A stretch of DNA of 64,000 nt from Schizochytrium sp. TIO01 (Eukaryota > Protista > Bigyra: Labyrinthulomycetes): contig SMSO01000033.1 in the NCBI GenBank assembly GCA_004764695.1, forward strand, positions 1,860,001 through 1,924,000. Direction: 5' to 3'. The notes under the pieces were generated by a model, which saw only the letters and a program-made list of their open reading frames with translations, was not told where the DNA came from and made no database searches. Numbering within the stretch: position 1 is the stretch's first letter; the number at the start of each line of letters is the position of its first letter. The position numbers and the translations under genes were made by a program. Positions 23,001 to 33,800 of the stretch are shown piece after piece.

Positions 23001-23544
23001 TCCAGGTGCAATTGTTACCTGAATGATCTATTTGATTAAGACAAATATCTTTAGTCATTTTGCAGGTATCTGGGTCACGCCCATCGCACTCAATCAATTG
23101 GTCAACTTCTCCATTGAATGCTTGGCAAATAGGGTCGCCATAGCACTTGCATGTTTGGCAACACGACGCAGTTGAGTAATTGAAAATAACCTCAAGCTCG
23201 AAGGTATCATTCTCGGTAGGCGTATAGGAATTGCAGTCAACATCAGGATAGTTTGCCTCGCAGAAACTGTCAGAAGTGACTAGTACATTACATTGGCCAT
23301 CGCTCTCGTCGTCGCTGAAAAAGGAGGTGCCACAGCAAGGTTCGGAACTAAATTGGAATCCTCCGCAATTAGTCTCAAAGGAGCCTGTGTCAAGTACAGG
23401 CTCACACGTGTCCAAAGTAGATGAAGAGGACGAATCAACAAGCTTGCGTGGCTGAAGTTGGCTTTTTGAGCCCTGAGAAGATAATGCTAATGCCAGGACT
23501 GCTGCAATGGCAGAGCAGCCAAGCCACTTCATGGTTAGTGCCAT
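20005..23544 (-). CDS. Secreted Cys-rich protein with two VWD-like repeats (paralog 2, 1179 aa)
   Basis: Signal peptide. CCQTCKCYGDPICQAFNG and CCKNCTIWGDPYGEGFDG. Same Cys framework as paralogs 1 and 3. Confidence 0.9.
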   Translation of the reverse strand: MALTMKWLGCSAIAAVLALALSSQGSKSQLQPRKLVDSSSSSTLDTCEPVLDTGSFETNCGGFQFSSEPCCGTSFFSDDESDGQCNVLVTSDSFCEANYPDVDCNSYTPTENDTFELEVIFNYSTASCCQTCKCYGDPICQAFNGEVDQLIECDGRDPDTCKMTKDICLNQIDHSGNNCTWIKKTSSWVNFAQSGSPCQPDFELSGYNELTMVDTDDGFKVWLVTGERGVILNVSVQLPDYSEPFTLNSDACFDYSPRDVGTDEAWKAWTLPSTVDTIPSWWSASLPNDVEVLWTVGDKTTGFFVDLVCTQGESSERTRIDVERVMDYQFHEDGSGVCFDRVISKGSMSGSNVDISKSLHMKCLLSYLSDLTNTCRYLADDSCKAVSVPGWQEYWCESAELKGTQASETTDIYSEMVSQCIADITSGTEEEQSTAWATYACQMNYVYTTGVETYDSSSTDMSTYVTECLTSSSSVGENTWTTWANAYQGLIKHVWADDQSDSCYDSLSDFLDMPDDEECAKGVMLEYKLDDEWVPQFYFPPDKPICDNVLLSVNGSAYPELFINQLRWRQCGLSGECLIKKREQLGCSPVPAVTASIVYENICGEDGICSCTTTNQDDSPEICEATDAAPYTLGSCDGCCGTNNFIVNHSSTECRDLTLETAYCNTADSSTSDYCDQLKKKKSGGTLTLDFTFPEDIITCCKNCTIWGDPYGEGFDGERDELIICDSRDTDTCKQDETRCELLLDHAGNNCTWNETVAEQIGNKWALIGVYGSPCQANYELSGVAKISAYSTSDPFDLSFSMGERSVLTEMFLQTKLGYFSLDPQKCFEERTNTNLYPGWNDTTVGDALTLSYIEGGDDGYGAYERVWNVYDGETGVFFRVVCIKMILEGGDPTLMGGYRFNLETLIEPRGHQNITGEGYCPSGDMDQYGQEYTRNNDGVICQNNLNPDQWACKAFWSKSCTLNEIEGGIMKWCEAANRPSGWSVEQCYNNIYRKSDSSLARAKRWLNAVCTALLPMKGSLSKKKFLSECKNVVSSDSDDSYYKIFETYHSVGDAYSMSFFQESSCASSVTKYNTRDKYDSCTMGVSVQYNPGSSDEDWVELFFIPETYRPCNNQLVINAWSSKYYPLFIYPVRFEQCDLDISSCPLFEDPEANCRPMYSFNVTMTYNHNNKIGCSSSS

Positions 23545-23785
23545 GAGTGAGCTTGAAGGCTCTTAAGTAGGAGAGCTTTTCCTATCCTCTACCTGAGATG
23601 GAATTTACGGTTGATACGTGTGTTGGTTAGTTTCCCAGGCCAATCAGATTTGTCTGATACCTCATTGAGGGTTTGTTTCAATGTTTTTCTTTGTCAGCCT
23701 AAAATCAGGAATTCTATCGAGAATTTCTGTAGATAGTTCTCTAGAGGGAAAGACTGTGCGTACTTTATCCCGGCTTAGTATCGCA

Positions 23786-23858
23786 GCACGCGAGTACTGC
23801 ACGTGAGTACTGCACGTGAGTACTGCACGTGAATACTGCACGTGAATACTGCACGTGC
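23786..23858. repeat. 13-bp tandem repeat (GCACGTGARTACT) x ~5.6 containing five CACGTG E/G-boxes, upstream of paralog 2
   Basis: Read directly; 240-315 bp upstream of the ATG at 23544. Confidence 0.9.
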
Positions 23859-26800
23859 TTACGACTTAAACTAAGTAACACATCAAACTGGATTTTTTAA
23901 AATTTAATTTTTTCCAAGAATGTGCTCCCTTTTGAGGTTTTCTTGCTTGATTTCCTAAACAAAGGGCAGCAGGTTAGGCCATGGCGCGGACTAGACGGTG
24001 GCGCGGACTGGGTGGCATTGCAATTTACCAAATCAGACGATGCCTTAAAAAAAAAAAAGAAAAAAGAAAAAAGAAACAGACAACAAGATATCTATTAACT
24101 AGAAACTATAAATGAGCAAAATGTTGGTTTTAGAGCGATACCCATGTTGTTGAGTTTGCGCTTGACACAATCGCGTACTCGAATGAGAGTCACGAACTAG
24201 AATAATTACTTCTTTTATTATTAAAAAAAATGAAGATCTTTTTTTAATGTACAATAGAAGCTTTATCTAGGAGAGTCTTTGCTCTACGTCAAGAAGCAAA
24301 TTCTGTTCTTAGCAACAGCTCTAGCTGCTGAAGTTCGCGTAATACAGGTTCTAGCGTTGCGTTGAAAGTTACTCATTTGCTTAAAGTGCCAGTGGCGTAA
24401 TATCCATTCACGTACTGTATCTTCTGGTGCAAGTTTTCTAATATTTTGCTAATTAAAAAGTTAAGCAAAATAACAGAGATTCTCAAGGAGAATATCATAA
24501 AAACCTATCCTTCACTTCAGAAATTTGAGTTTAAATCTCTATTAAAGTGTTATCTACCTGCAGATGTCCTACTCTAAACACATAACTTCATTTTTTTGAA
24601 ATCTATGCTTTATGCAATACTTTTCATTCTTAGATATATATCCGGTATTTCTCTTCTATCCCGTTTCAGAAAAAGAAGATCTTGACTAAAGGATTACTAA
24701 GAAATAATGTTTTTTTTCTTAAAAGAATAAATCAAGTAAAAGTAAGGGGGGGGGGGGGGGGTAGGCAGTGAAGCGACGTACAAAGTTTGTGGGAAGCACT
24801 TTGCTGGATTTTTGCCTTTGTGTTGACCAGTCAGCGTCTCAGCTTAAGTTGATCATTGCAGGGACGGTCTACAGACAATCTTCCTCCTGCTTTGCATAGA
24901 TCATGATGACTAAGCAGCCGAAACAGCATTCTGGTTTAGCCATCAGAACTTTGTTCTTTTTTATGTCTTTTATTTAACTAGTAGGTTTTGGCCAATGTCA
25001 AACATTTATGAGGTAATCCGCAACAGTTCCGGTGATATTGCAAATTATTTCCATCAGAATATATATATATATTAAAATGGCAAGTGCCTTATCACTCGTA
25101 TAATGGTAGTCTACATTATCTCAGAAAATGTGAATATGCAATCTTGGCCTAGTGATCACGCAAGAAAATGACTCCAAGGAAGTCTGAAGGTCATATGGCT
25201 CTTACTGGTACAAATATTTAAGAACGGCACTGAAACATTTAACGGATCTTTCCTCCTATTCTTTCCTTATATAATATAGCGACACGAAAAGAAAGAAAGA
25301 AAATGTAGCGTTGCCCAGGATTATTAAATTGAAAACATAAATTGTACAAGAATTACCAACATGGAAAACATTATCGCGAAATGAGAGCATTATCACTGCT
25401 ACCTTGTGAAGAAAAAAATCAAACAAAATACGTAAACATATACAATTTTTAACGTAAGTTCTTTTAGTTGGTTAGTTAGATAGAAAGGTAGGCACCACCT
25501 TCTGCGGAAAAAGGAAAAGGAAGAAAAACCTTTCACTATTAGTACGTGCCTATTACTTTTGCTAATTAGACGCATCCCTTACGTCCCTTACTAGGATAAA
25601 ACTCAAAGAACAAAAGGTACGTAGGAAACGAAAACAAGCACTATGCTCTTAAATGCCTGCGGTTATGTGTATTTCCATTTTCAGTGGTATCCACCCCCAC
25701 AGTTCACCTTTAATTGCCTGTTTTACTTGATCAATATTTCAGACAAAGCATTGAAAGTGTAGAACGAATAATTTTGCGCACTGAAAAAGAAGAAAAATTT
25801 CTCGATGGTTTCAATTGTTTTGTTTAGTAGGTCCCCCCCACTGCTCGATTGCCGCGGGCACATCTTGCTAATAGCTTGACCTTATTCTTCCTCTAAATCT
25901 TACTTATTGATACGTTTTGACTTGAGCTTTACCCCAAGAAAGAATTAATAGCAATAGTCCAGGGACACAGTATTATAAATATATAATTTAGAATTAAAAA
26001 AAAAATAAAAAAATTAGTTACACCGTTAAAGTTATGGAGCTCCAGACAAAGGGCACTCCGCAATTGCTGCCAATTGTCTCGTTCTTTTTGTTTCCTTTAA
26101 AAATATGAATATGAATATCTACTCAGGTAGGTACCATGCTGCATGAGAGCACGAAAGCTAGAAGCTGCTTATTTTTCGGAAGTGTAGAGCTTATGGTTTG
26201 TATCCGTTTCGAGCAAAATAGACGCGGGATGACTTGGTGCGACGCACAATGCAAAGACAACTTTGTGTTGAACACACCCTTTTGCCCATCAGTTGAAACC
26301 AATACTCTTGGATTGATCTGATTAGGTATGTGGACATTCCCGAGTATTGTCATACAGGACCTTTTCTAAAAAGTCACTATATGTGCATTTCTACCTTTTT
26401 TCTATAATTCTATTCTGCAAAATTGATACCTTCATCATTAGTGGTTATGGACACATGGGTATCGCAGCATAGGGGTAAGGGGTTGGACTCATGAAAAGTT
26501 TTTGTGGAGCCTATGAGCGTACAAGGCAGTTGGAGTCGAAACTAAAGCACACGACCGATGGATGAATCCGCGTATGGCTATTTCGATTATGGCTCTAGAC
26601 TTGAAGTCGTGCCAGCGGTATCAACTCCTTCTATTACTCCTAATTTTTTTTTTATTTTTTTAAACTTGCTTCGCACTGGATCAACACAGAGTCGTGAATC
26701 CTGGTTGAGAATCAGGCACAGAGAAGGGTCCGCGAGGGAACAGGCTAGCCGCCAGAAGGTAAACGGAGAGGTCGCGTGCGCGGAGCGCAGTCGCAGCTCG

Positions 26801-27441
26801 TTGAGAAAATTAACCTCTTGTGAATAAGCTAGGTTAACTAAGTGTATGCTACGGAGTTTGTGTGGCCGGTGAGACTTGGGTAATTTGGGCACGCTTGCTT
26901 GTGAAGCTGCTTCTACTTAGAGAGGTATGTAATTTCCTGATTGCACGATAGTGTGCACGATAATAGGAAACCTTTTTGTGTCAAAAATATTTTCGATTAT
27001 TTCTTTTAAAAGGTGGAAAAATAAAAGAAAAATTTAACCTGAAAGAACTTCTCTGGTTTTTCTTGATATGGCGAATAAATTCATTAGGCAACTTGAACAG
27101 AAATAGCGTTGAGGGCTAGGACAACACCCAAGCACTCACCAATCGAATAATTCTTGCAAGGAGAAAAAAAAACTCACGACACCTACTTGAAAGGAGTGTT
27201 CTTGAAGGTTTATATGATGAGTGCGAATCATTTATTCACCGCAGCCATCATCAAAGGCAAATAAAAGAAAATACTCACATGTTTGATCTACAAACCTTTC
27301 ACAGACATGGGTCTACCAATCAGTTCGAATGTTCGAGACCAACTTGAGCGTGAGCTTTTCATTATCCTCCTGTGGTCAGTGTAATTCTTCAGAATCAGTG
27401 AAAAGTAAAATTTCTAAAAATGATAATCAATTGCAACATGT

Positions 27442-30400
27442 TTAGGCAGAGCCAGTCTGGTCGGCAGGACATCCGATGTCATCATAAGAGTACGTCAAGG
27501 TAACATCGAAAGCAGAGCTTGACATGCAGGTAGCCTCGACATTTGAATATGCAGAGCACTCCGTAGAATCCACGTCACACTGTTCAAAACGAATAGGGTA
27601 CGCGAAAAGAGGCCAATACTTACTTTTATAAGCCGGGATCTCAAGAACACCGTTGCAAGGCTTGTAGTTGGATGGGATAAAGAAAAGCTCTTCCCAGCCA
27701 TCACCGGAATCGTATTGAACAGAGATACCTGTAATACAGGCACTTGTCTCACTACGTGAGCCATATGAATCAGCCGAGCTAGCGCAATAGCTTTGCACAG
27801 ATGCAAAATCACCAGCAGAGCCATAGTTTTCTACAATCGCGTAGTAGCCACTTGTAGAAGCCAGGTCCTCACACTCCCGCAAGAAGTCGTTGTCTGTATC
27901 TGTTGACTGCTTGAGCGGAAGCAAAGCGGTACAAACTGCTTTGGTCCAAAGAGTTGCGGTTTTTGATGAGCTGCTCTTTTTGATGCTCTTGACGCATTGG
28001 GCAACTGTGTTGGGTTGGTTGGCGGTCTCGCACCACTTCTCGACGCCGAGTTCAATCTGGTCTGGTGTACATGAGCCTGCCCAAAAAGCTTTACAGGCAA
28101 GAAGGTCACTAGAAAGGGAGTCTTCGCACTCCACAGCATACTGATTAGGAGTATAATCACCACCGTAAGCAACCAAATCAGCGGATACACAATATCCTGA
28201 GGCGTCGCGAGAAAGATCGGTGTCAATGAGATGTTCGATGTTGAGTCGGTAGCCTCCTACAAAGTTAGCATCAACCGCCTCTGAGTTTACGCATGTGACG
28301 CGAAAGAAAATTCCGAGGTTGGGTTCCAAAACTGCCCAGACTCGTTCGTCGTTTCCATAGCCATCCTCACTTGCGCCGGTGAAGGTAAGATTAAGCGCTG
28401 TAGAAATATCTTCACCTTCCTCTGTTGTCCATCCCGCATACTCACTTCCATCATAACAAGCCTCAGGGTCGAGAGTGTACTTTCCCTTTGGTGTAGTGAG
28501 AAACATCTTGTCCAAGATAGAACGCTCACCTGTATTGAAACTAATTTCGTAAGGATCTGAAGTGGAATACAACGTGATAGTAGCCTCACCCGAAGTTGAC
28601 CAATCCGGCTGACAAGGGGAACCATATGCGCCAATATTGGCTTTCTTGCCTCCAATAAGATCAGCCAAGGTTTGGTTCCACAAGCACGCGTTACCCTTGT
28701 GATCTACCATATTTTCACATGCATCTTCTTGCGAAAAGCAAGTGTCGTCACGGGAATCACAGATGATCAGCTTCTGGCGTGTACCATTGAAAGCTTGTCC
28801 GAAAGGGTCTCCCCAAAGAGCGCATGAATTGCAGCAGTTGCTATCAGTTTCACCATCAGGAGAGGTAAAGTTGATGGTGAGAAGGCCATTATTCTTCTTC
28901 TTCTTGAGATCCGAACAGTAAGAACTCACAGACGAATCGCTGGAGTCACAGAATGCACTGTCGACAACAAGCTCACGGCAAGTTTGGTTTTCCTCTCCTG
29001 GGAGATAGTTATTGGTGGTACAGCAGTTCTCGCAATATCCAACGTTATAAGTTTCCTGCGCGGAAGATGTACAAACCTTTGGGATGCTAGAGGTGAAGTC
29101 ACGAGTGCATGTCTCGCATGTTTCTCCGCTGAGAATACAAGAAGCGCCGCTGAAGGTAAGTTCTGCGTCAACAGAAATGACAGGCTTGCAGTCTGTGCCA
29201 GCTTGTGCAGCAAGGCACTCTGCAGAAAGACCACACTGACGAAGGCGAATTTCGTACTTGAAGAAATCGGGAAACTTGTCGCCAGTTGCTTCGATCGTAG
29301 AGCCATCGCAAGGGGGGGACTCCGGTGGAAAGTATAGTACTGGAGTCCACACATCGTTTTTGTAGACCTCCACCATAAGGCCAGAAGCACAAGTATCATC
29401 ATCCGGAATGTTGGTGAAGTTTTCAATAGATGTTACACATGTTTCAGTAACAGTCCATTGATGTTCAATGATGCTGGTGTACTTTTGGGACCATGAATAG
29501 TACCCTTCCTGTTCAAGGCTGTCAAGACACTCGTTAACGTAGGAGTTCTGGGAAGAGCCGCCGTACGGGGTCTCGGAGTTCATTTGACATGCATAAGTGT
29601 CCCACGTGGTGGCTTGCTGGTCATCAGTTCCATTAGTAATCTCAGAAATACAAGTGGCAACCATTTGTGCGTAGGTACTTGCACCAACGGAGGCTTGCGT
29701 GTACTCAAGCTCCGCGGTTTCACACCAGTACTGCTGCCAGCCAGGGACAGTCTGTGCTGTGCATGAGTCATCAGTAAGGGCTTTGCAGGTTGTGACAACA
29801 CTGGGAAGGGAGCGTTGAAGACAGTCGTAATGACTTTTGGTGTCGCCTACGTTAGTACCGGACTGTTTGCCGGACTCAAAGACTCCAGTGTAACAATATC
29901 CATCTCCGTCCAGACCCTGGGTATCAGTAATATTTTCAATATCAAGACGCGTACGAGTTGCACCTGCAGCGCGAGTACAGACAACGTCCACGTACATGCC
30001 AAGTTCCTCGCTGCCGACGTGCCAAACAATATCAACATTGTTTGGAGCACTCACGGTCCAGTAGGATGGTATAGACGATACGCCACTAGGCAAACTCCAT
30101 GCTTTGGCGGCTTTGGATTCACTCATATCCCGAGGATCGTAATCGTAACATACATCAGAGGACAAGTTGAAAGTACCTTCGATACCTGGCATGCCAATCA
30201 GAATATCAGTCTGCACGCCACGCTCTCCAATCAGAGATGAGACTGAGTAACCATCAACACTGACCATGACATGTTTCAGCTGGCCACTGACACTGTAATC
30301 TGCCTGGCAAGGGGAGCCACTTTCGAGATTGTTAACCCACCACGGAAAGTTCGAGTTTCCTTTAAGCCACTTGCATCGGTTGCCGGCGTGGTCGAATTGT

Positions 30401-30873
30401 AGTCTGCAAATGTCCTGCTCAAGCTCACAAGTGGAAAAGTTTCGTGCATCGCACTCGATCATTTGCGCTCGAGAGCCATCAAATGCTTCACAAAGTGGAT
30501 CACCGTAGCATTTGCAGCGCTGGCAGCAGGTTTCTTCAACATCTGGGTAGGTCACATCAATGACAAAATTGAGAGAAAATGTAGAGTTAGGCTCGAAGTT
30601 GTCACAACCAATTGCATCGTTCTCGCAAAATGGTGTTGTCATGGTTGCAGTTCGGCAAATAGCCTCTCCTGCTGATTCGTTGACTTGTGAAGCGATGGAA
30701 TTGCCACAGCAGCTTCCCATGCTCATACTAAGCGACTCGCATCCAGCAAGACTGTCTTGGTCCCATGTCAAGTATTGATCTTCGAGGTCGCATGCATTAG
30801 TATCACCCTGAGTTGGCAGGAAGCTGTACGCGGCCACCACCGCGATAGCGGCCAGGAGACCTGGCTTTGTCAT
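27442..30873 (-). CDS. Secreted Cys-rich protein with two VWD-like repeats (paralog 3)
   Basis: ORF 27442-30924; the ATG at 30873 gives a signal peptide (MTKPGLLAAIAVVAAYSFLPTQG). CCQRCKCYGDPLCEAFDG and CCNSCALWGDPFGQAFNG. Closest to paralog 1. Confidence 0.9.
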   Translation of the reverse strand: MTKPGLLAAIAVVAAYSFLPTQGDTNACDLEDQYLTWDQDSLAGCESLSMSMGSCCGNSIASQVNESAGEAICRTATMTTPFCENDAIGCDNFEPNSTFSLNFVIDVTYPDVEETCCQRCKCYGDPLCEAFDGSRAQMIECDARNFSTCELEQDICRLQFDHAGNRCKWLKGNSNFPWWVNNLESGSPCQADYSVSGQLKHVMVSVDGYSVSSLIGERGVQTDILIGMPGIEGTFNLSSDVCYDYDPRDMSESKAAKAWSLPSGVSSIPSYWTVSAPNNVDIVWHVGSEELGMYVDVVCTRAAGATRTRLDIENITDTQGLDGDGYCYTGVFESGKQSGTNVGDTKSHYDCLQRSLPSVVTTCKALTDDSCTAQTVPGWQQYWCETAELEYTQASVGASTYAQMVATCISEITNGTDDQQATTWDTYACQMNSETPYGGSSQNSYVNECLDSLEQEGYYSWSQKYTSIIEHQWTVTETCVTSIENFTNIPDDDTCASGLMVEVYKNDVWTPVLYFPPESPPCDGSTIEATGDKFPDFFKYEIRLRQCGLSAECLAAQAGTDCKPVISVDAELTFSGASCILSGETCETCTRDFTSSIPKVCTSSAQETYNVGYCENCCTTNNYLPGEENQTCRELVVDSAFCDSSDSSVSSYCSDLKKKKNNGLLTINFTSPDGETDSNCCNSCALWGDPFGQAFNGTRQKLIICDSRDDTCFSQEDACENMVDHKGNACLWNQTLADLIGGKKANIGAYGSPCQPDWSTSGEATITLYSTSDPYEISFNTGERSILDKMFLTTPKGKYTLDPEACYDGSEYAGWTTEEGEDISTALNLTFTGASEDGYGNDERVWAVLEPNLGIFFRVTCVNSEAVDANFVGGYRLNIEHLIDTDLSRDASGYCVSADLVAYGGDYTPNQYAVECEDSLSSDLLACKAFWAGSCTPDQIELGVEKWCETANQPNTVAQCVKSIKKSSSSKTATLWTKAVCTALLPLKQSTDTDNDFLRECEDLASTSGYYAIVENYGSAGDFASVQSYCASSADSYGSRSETSACITGISVQYDSGDGWEELFFIPSNYKPCNGVLEIPAYKSKYWPLFAYPIRFEQCDVDSTECSAYSNVEATCMSSSAFDVTLTYSYDDIGCPADQTGSA

Positions 30874-33800
30874 ATTGTTATACCGCAATTGGGCTATCTT
30901 TGATAATTGATTAAACCACAACACTCAACAAGGATCTACTACACAATCGAGGGACCCCGTGTGGTTCTTCTTTGCCGCGTTTGGGTTTTGCTAGACATTC
31001 TCCTCGCCAAGGTATCACGCCTACTTCTCTGTAAAAACTCAGAAGAAGAAAAAGTTTGTTTACTTTTTTTCTTAATTAAAATTGATTTTCTGAATGATTC
31101 GAATGACCTGATAGCTAGCTAGCTACCTTTATCAATCTTTTTATTTGTGTTAAATAGTCCCTTCTATTCATGACTTCTTCATACTGCTCTAGAGTGGGTA
31201 GATGTATGTAGGCAGCTTCCTACTAATTAACCACAAACACTAATTTTCGAATTGAAGGAGAAAAGGTCTCGGTTTTCGCGTGTAATCAGCTCTCGACTCA
31301 ATGAAGCTTGTGTCTGCGGCATATCTCTCGAGTACTTTGAGTGTTCTACGTGCTGTGATCAGAGCCGCGTGTCTGTGGAGCAAGCGAGGCAGTTCCCTGG
31401 GGCTCCTTCTGGCATGTTTGTTCTATTCTTGGTTTTCTAAAAGAGCTCTCGGTTCGGAAACAAGATGCATGCATTTATCCTTTCCACTCAAAAGCGTGTT
31501 CTCCAATAAGATCACTCACTGCCCACCTGCTTCCAAATCGCTCGCTCTTTTTCCAGGACAATCGAAGGTAGGCCCGCTGGTAAGAGATCTTGTAGCAATA
31601 GAACCAATGTCTTTCCCTCTGCACTCGTTTGATGTGCTTTTCGCTTTCTGCGATTGCTGCGCTCAAAAGGGCTCCTCTCCAGAGGAACCAAAGAATTGAA
31701 AGTCGAAAGCCTCTTCAAGCTCGCCAGCCGTCGTCTTCAGAGAGCGTTCAAAGAATCGATGCCTCCAAGCGGTCGGGAGACGTGAAGAAGACAACTTGAG
31801 TGAGTGCAGGAAATCAGCCGCCAGGATTTACAATGGCGCACAGAAGCGAAGCAAGCGAAGCAAGCAGCAAATCGTGCACCCAACATTCCGCCGCACTGTC
31901 GTGTCGCTCCTTCTTTATTACAGCATTCGACTTCAACCGAGTGAATCTATCTATCGCTCGTGATTATACGGTTGCATGAGCAAATCCCTTCGCTCAGCGC
32001 AGACTTTGAACATCGGAGTCCCATGCATGACCTGCATGCACAAATCCCTTCCTCCCCTTTATGAAGCTGTCTTCGCTTCCAGTACTATGATAAAGTAAAC
32101 TAAAGTAAGCACACATGAAAAGGAAAGCTGAGCAGCAATAGGAGGTAGTTAGCCTCAACAAGGCTGTATTCGTACTCTCTCTCTCTCTCTCTCTCTCTTT
32201 CTCCTCTGTTGACTTTTTACTCCGGCCTTTGTTTTGTTCATAAAATTACAAACTAAAACAGAGAAACTCCGTGCCGTCTTTGAAATTCTTTCTGTCCACA
32301 GACGTGGCCGCTAGACTATACGAAAGCTTGTGTGCAAAACCTGTCTATTATGATGCCCTCCTCTGCAAACCACATGGGCTGTTCGCGTCGCGCCTCCCCT
32401 GCTTTTTCTGCTCTGACTTCTGGACGGTCTCGTCCTCTCCGCTGCGACAGTATGCAAGGCGAAGCACGGGCTCCTTTTGCGTATGGGCCTGACTCTTTTT
32501 CTGTCACTTGCCTTCTGCTGAGGAGAAGAAGGTCTTCTTCTTGCATTTTAAACCGGTACTGTCTGCCTACGTACGCACCTAGGGCTAGTGATGAGGACTG
32601 ATCTCAACATTGATAATGGAAGATAGAGAACTTTGAAAATGAAACATTATATCAAGATTTTTAAAAGGGCGGTCTGTGAGAAGTATGTATGTCCATTCGG
32701 AGCCGCGGCGTGAGGGATGCTGAGGCTCGGCGCGAGCGTGGACGAAGCAGCCGACCGCTGCCTCGTGGCATCAGTCAGCGAACTATGCAGCATGTCCATG
32801 GAGTCGGTCTCCTCTCTATCCGCCATTGCCCAAAGTTCACTACGATTTCAATGCACCACTGGCAGAGCGAGAGCGCTTGCCTTCAAGTCCCCATGCTACG
32901 GATTGAAGAAGAATGTTCGAGTTTTCAGTGTAGAATAGTGGAATTAAATTACCGTAGTATGTTTTTTTTAGTTAGTTTTTTTGATTAAAATTAAAAGTCT
33001 TAAATTAATAATAAATATATATACACGTGTATAATATAAAATATCTTTTTTCAGTAAAGTTTAAATAAAACGTTTTTTTTGTTTTTGTTTTTTTCTGAAT
33101 TCGCAGTTTTTCACAACCTAATAAAATACAATTATGTAGGTACTATTAGTGCTTTTGAGGTTCTTCGTTGTGATTACAATGAATCGGAAAGCATTTGCGA
33201 ATGTAGGGTTCGGGGAAGACCTAGCTAGAGAATCGAACGAAGCCGAGTGAACTTGAAGCCGAAGAAATGAATGGTTCACTCGGCCGATTGCTGTTGAAAG
33301 CTCTCTCTCTGTCTCATGGCTCTTTGACATCATTGGACAGGTAAAATGCACGCAACGCCTTGGCGATGCTCATGTAATTTAAACAATTTCGACGCTACAA
33401 GCCATGAAAGAGTAAAGCGATCGAAGCGGGGAAAAGCAGGAGCTGGGAAAAGAGAGAGCCACTGAAGAATTAATCGAAAGATGGATCTCGCACAAAGCAA
33501 ATGGAACCTCAATCAATGGCTCTCCTTTTGGCGCCACGACCGTGCCTGCGACGTCCATTCGAGAATGTATGAGTTGAGCTCAAAGTCAGTGCTGCAGATC
33601 TCCTCACCAAACTAACGGCGCGTCTGCTTCCCCCCCTCCTCCAAGCTGAGTTTCGCAATCAGCGCAACCGGCAGAGCAAAGGAACATCCAAGAGAAACCA
33701 AGAGAATCGAGCCCAATCTAAAACTCCAATCCAATCTGTCAATTCTTTCTTACTCTCACTTTTGCATCCCATATCGAAACGTACCGTGTTCGTTTTTTTA

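Noticed and set aside
26136-26321. Fragment of a fourth VWD-like paralog (QCKDNFVLNTPFCP resembles CRELVINTPFCD)
   Set aside because: Only a short motif, on the opposite strand, with no flanking similarity.
26458-26510. tRNA-Met-like sequence (CTCATGA loop)
   Set aside because: D and anticodon stems do not pair, and there is no T-arm or acceptor stem.
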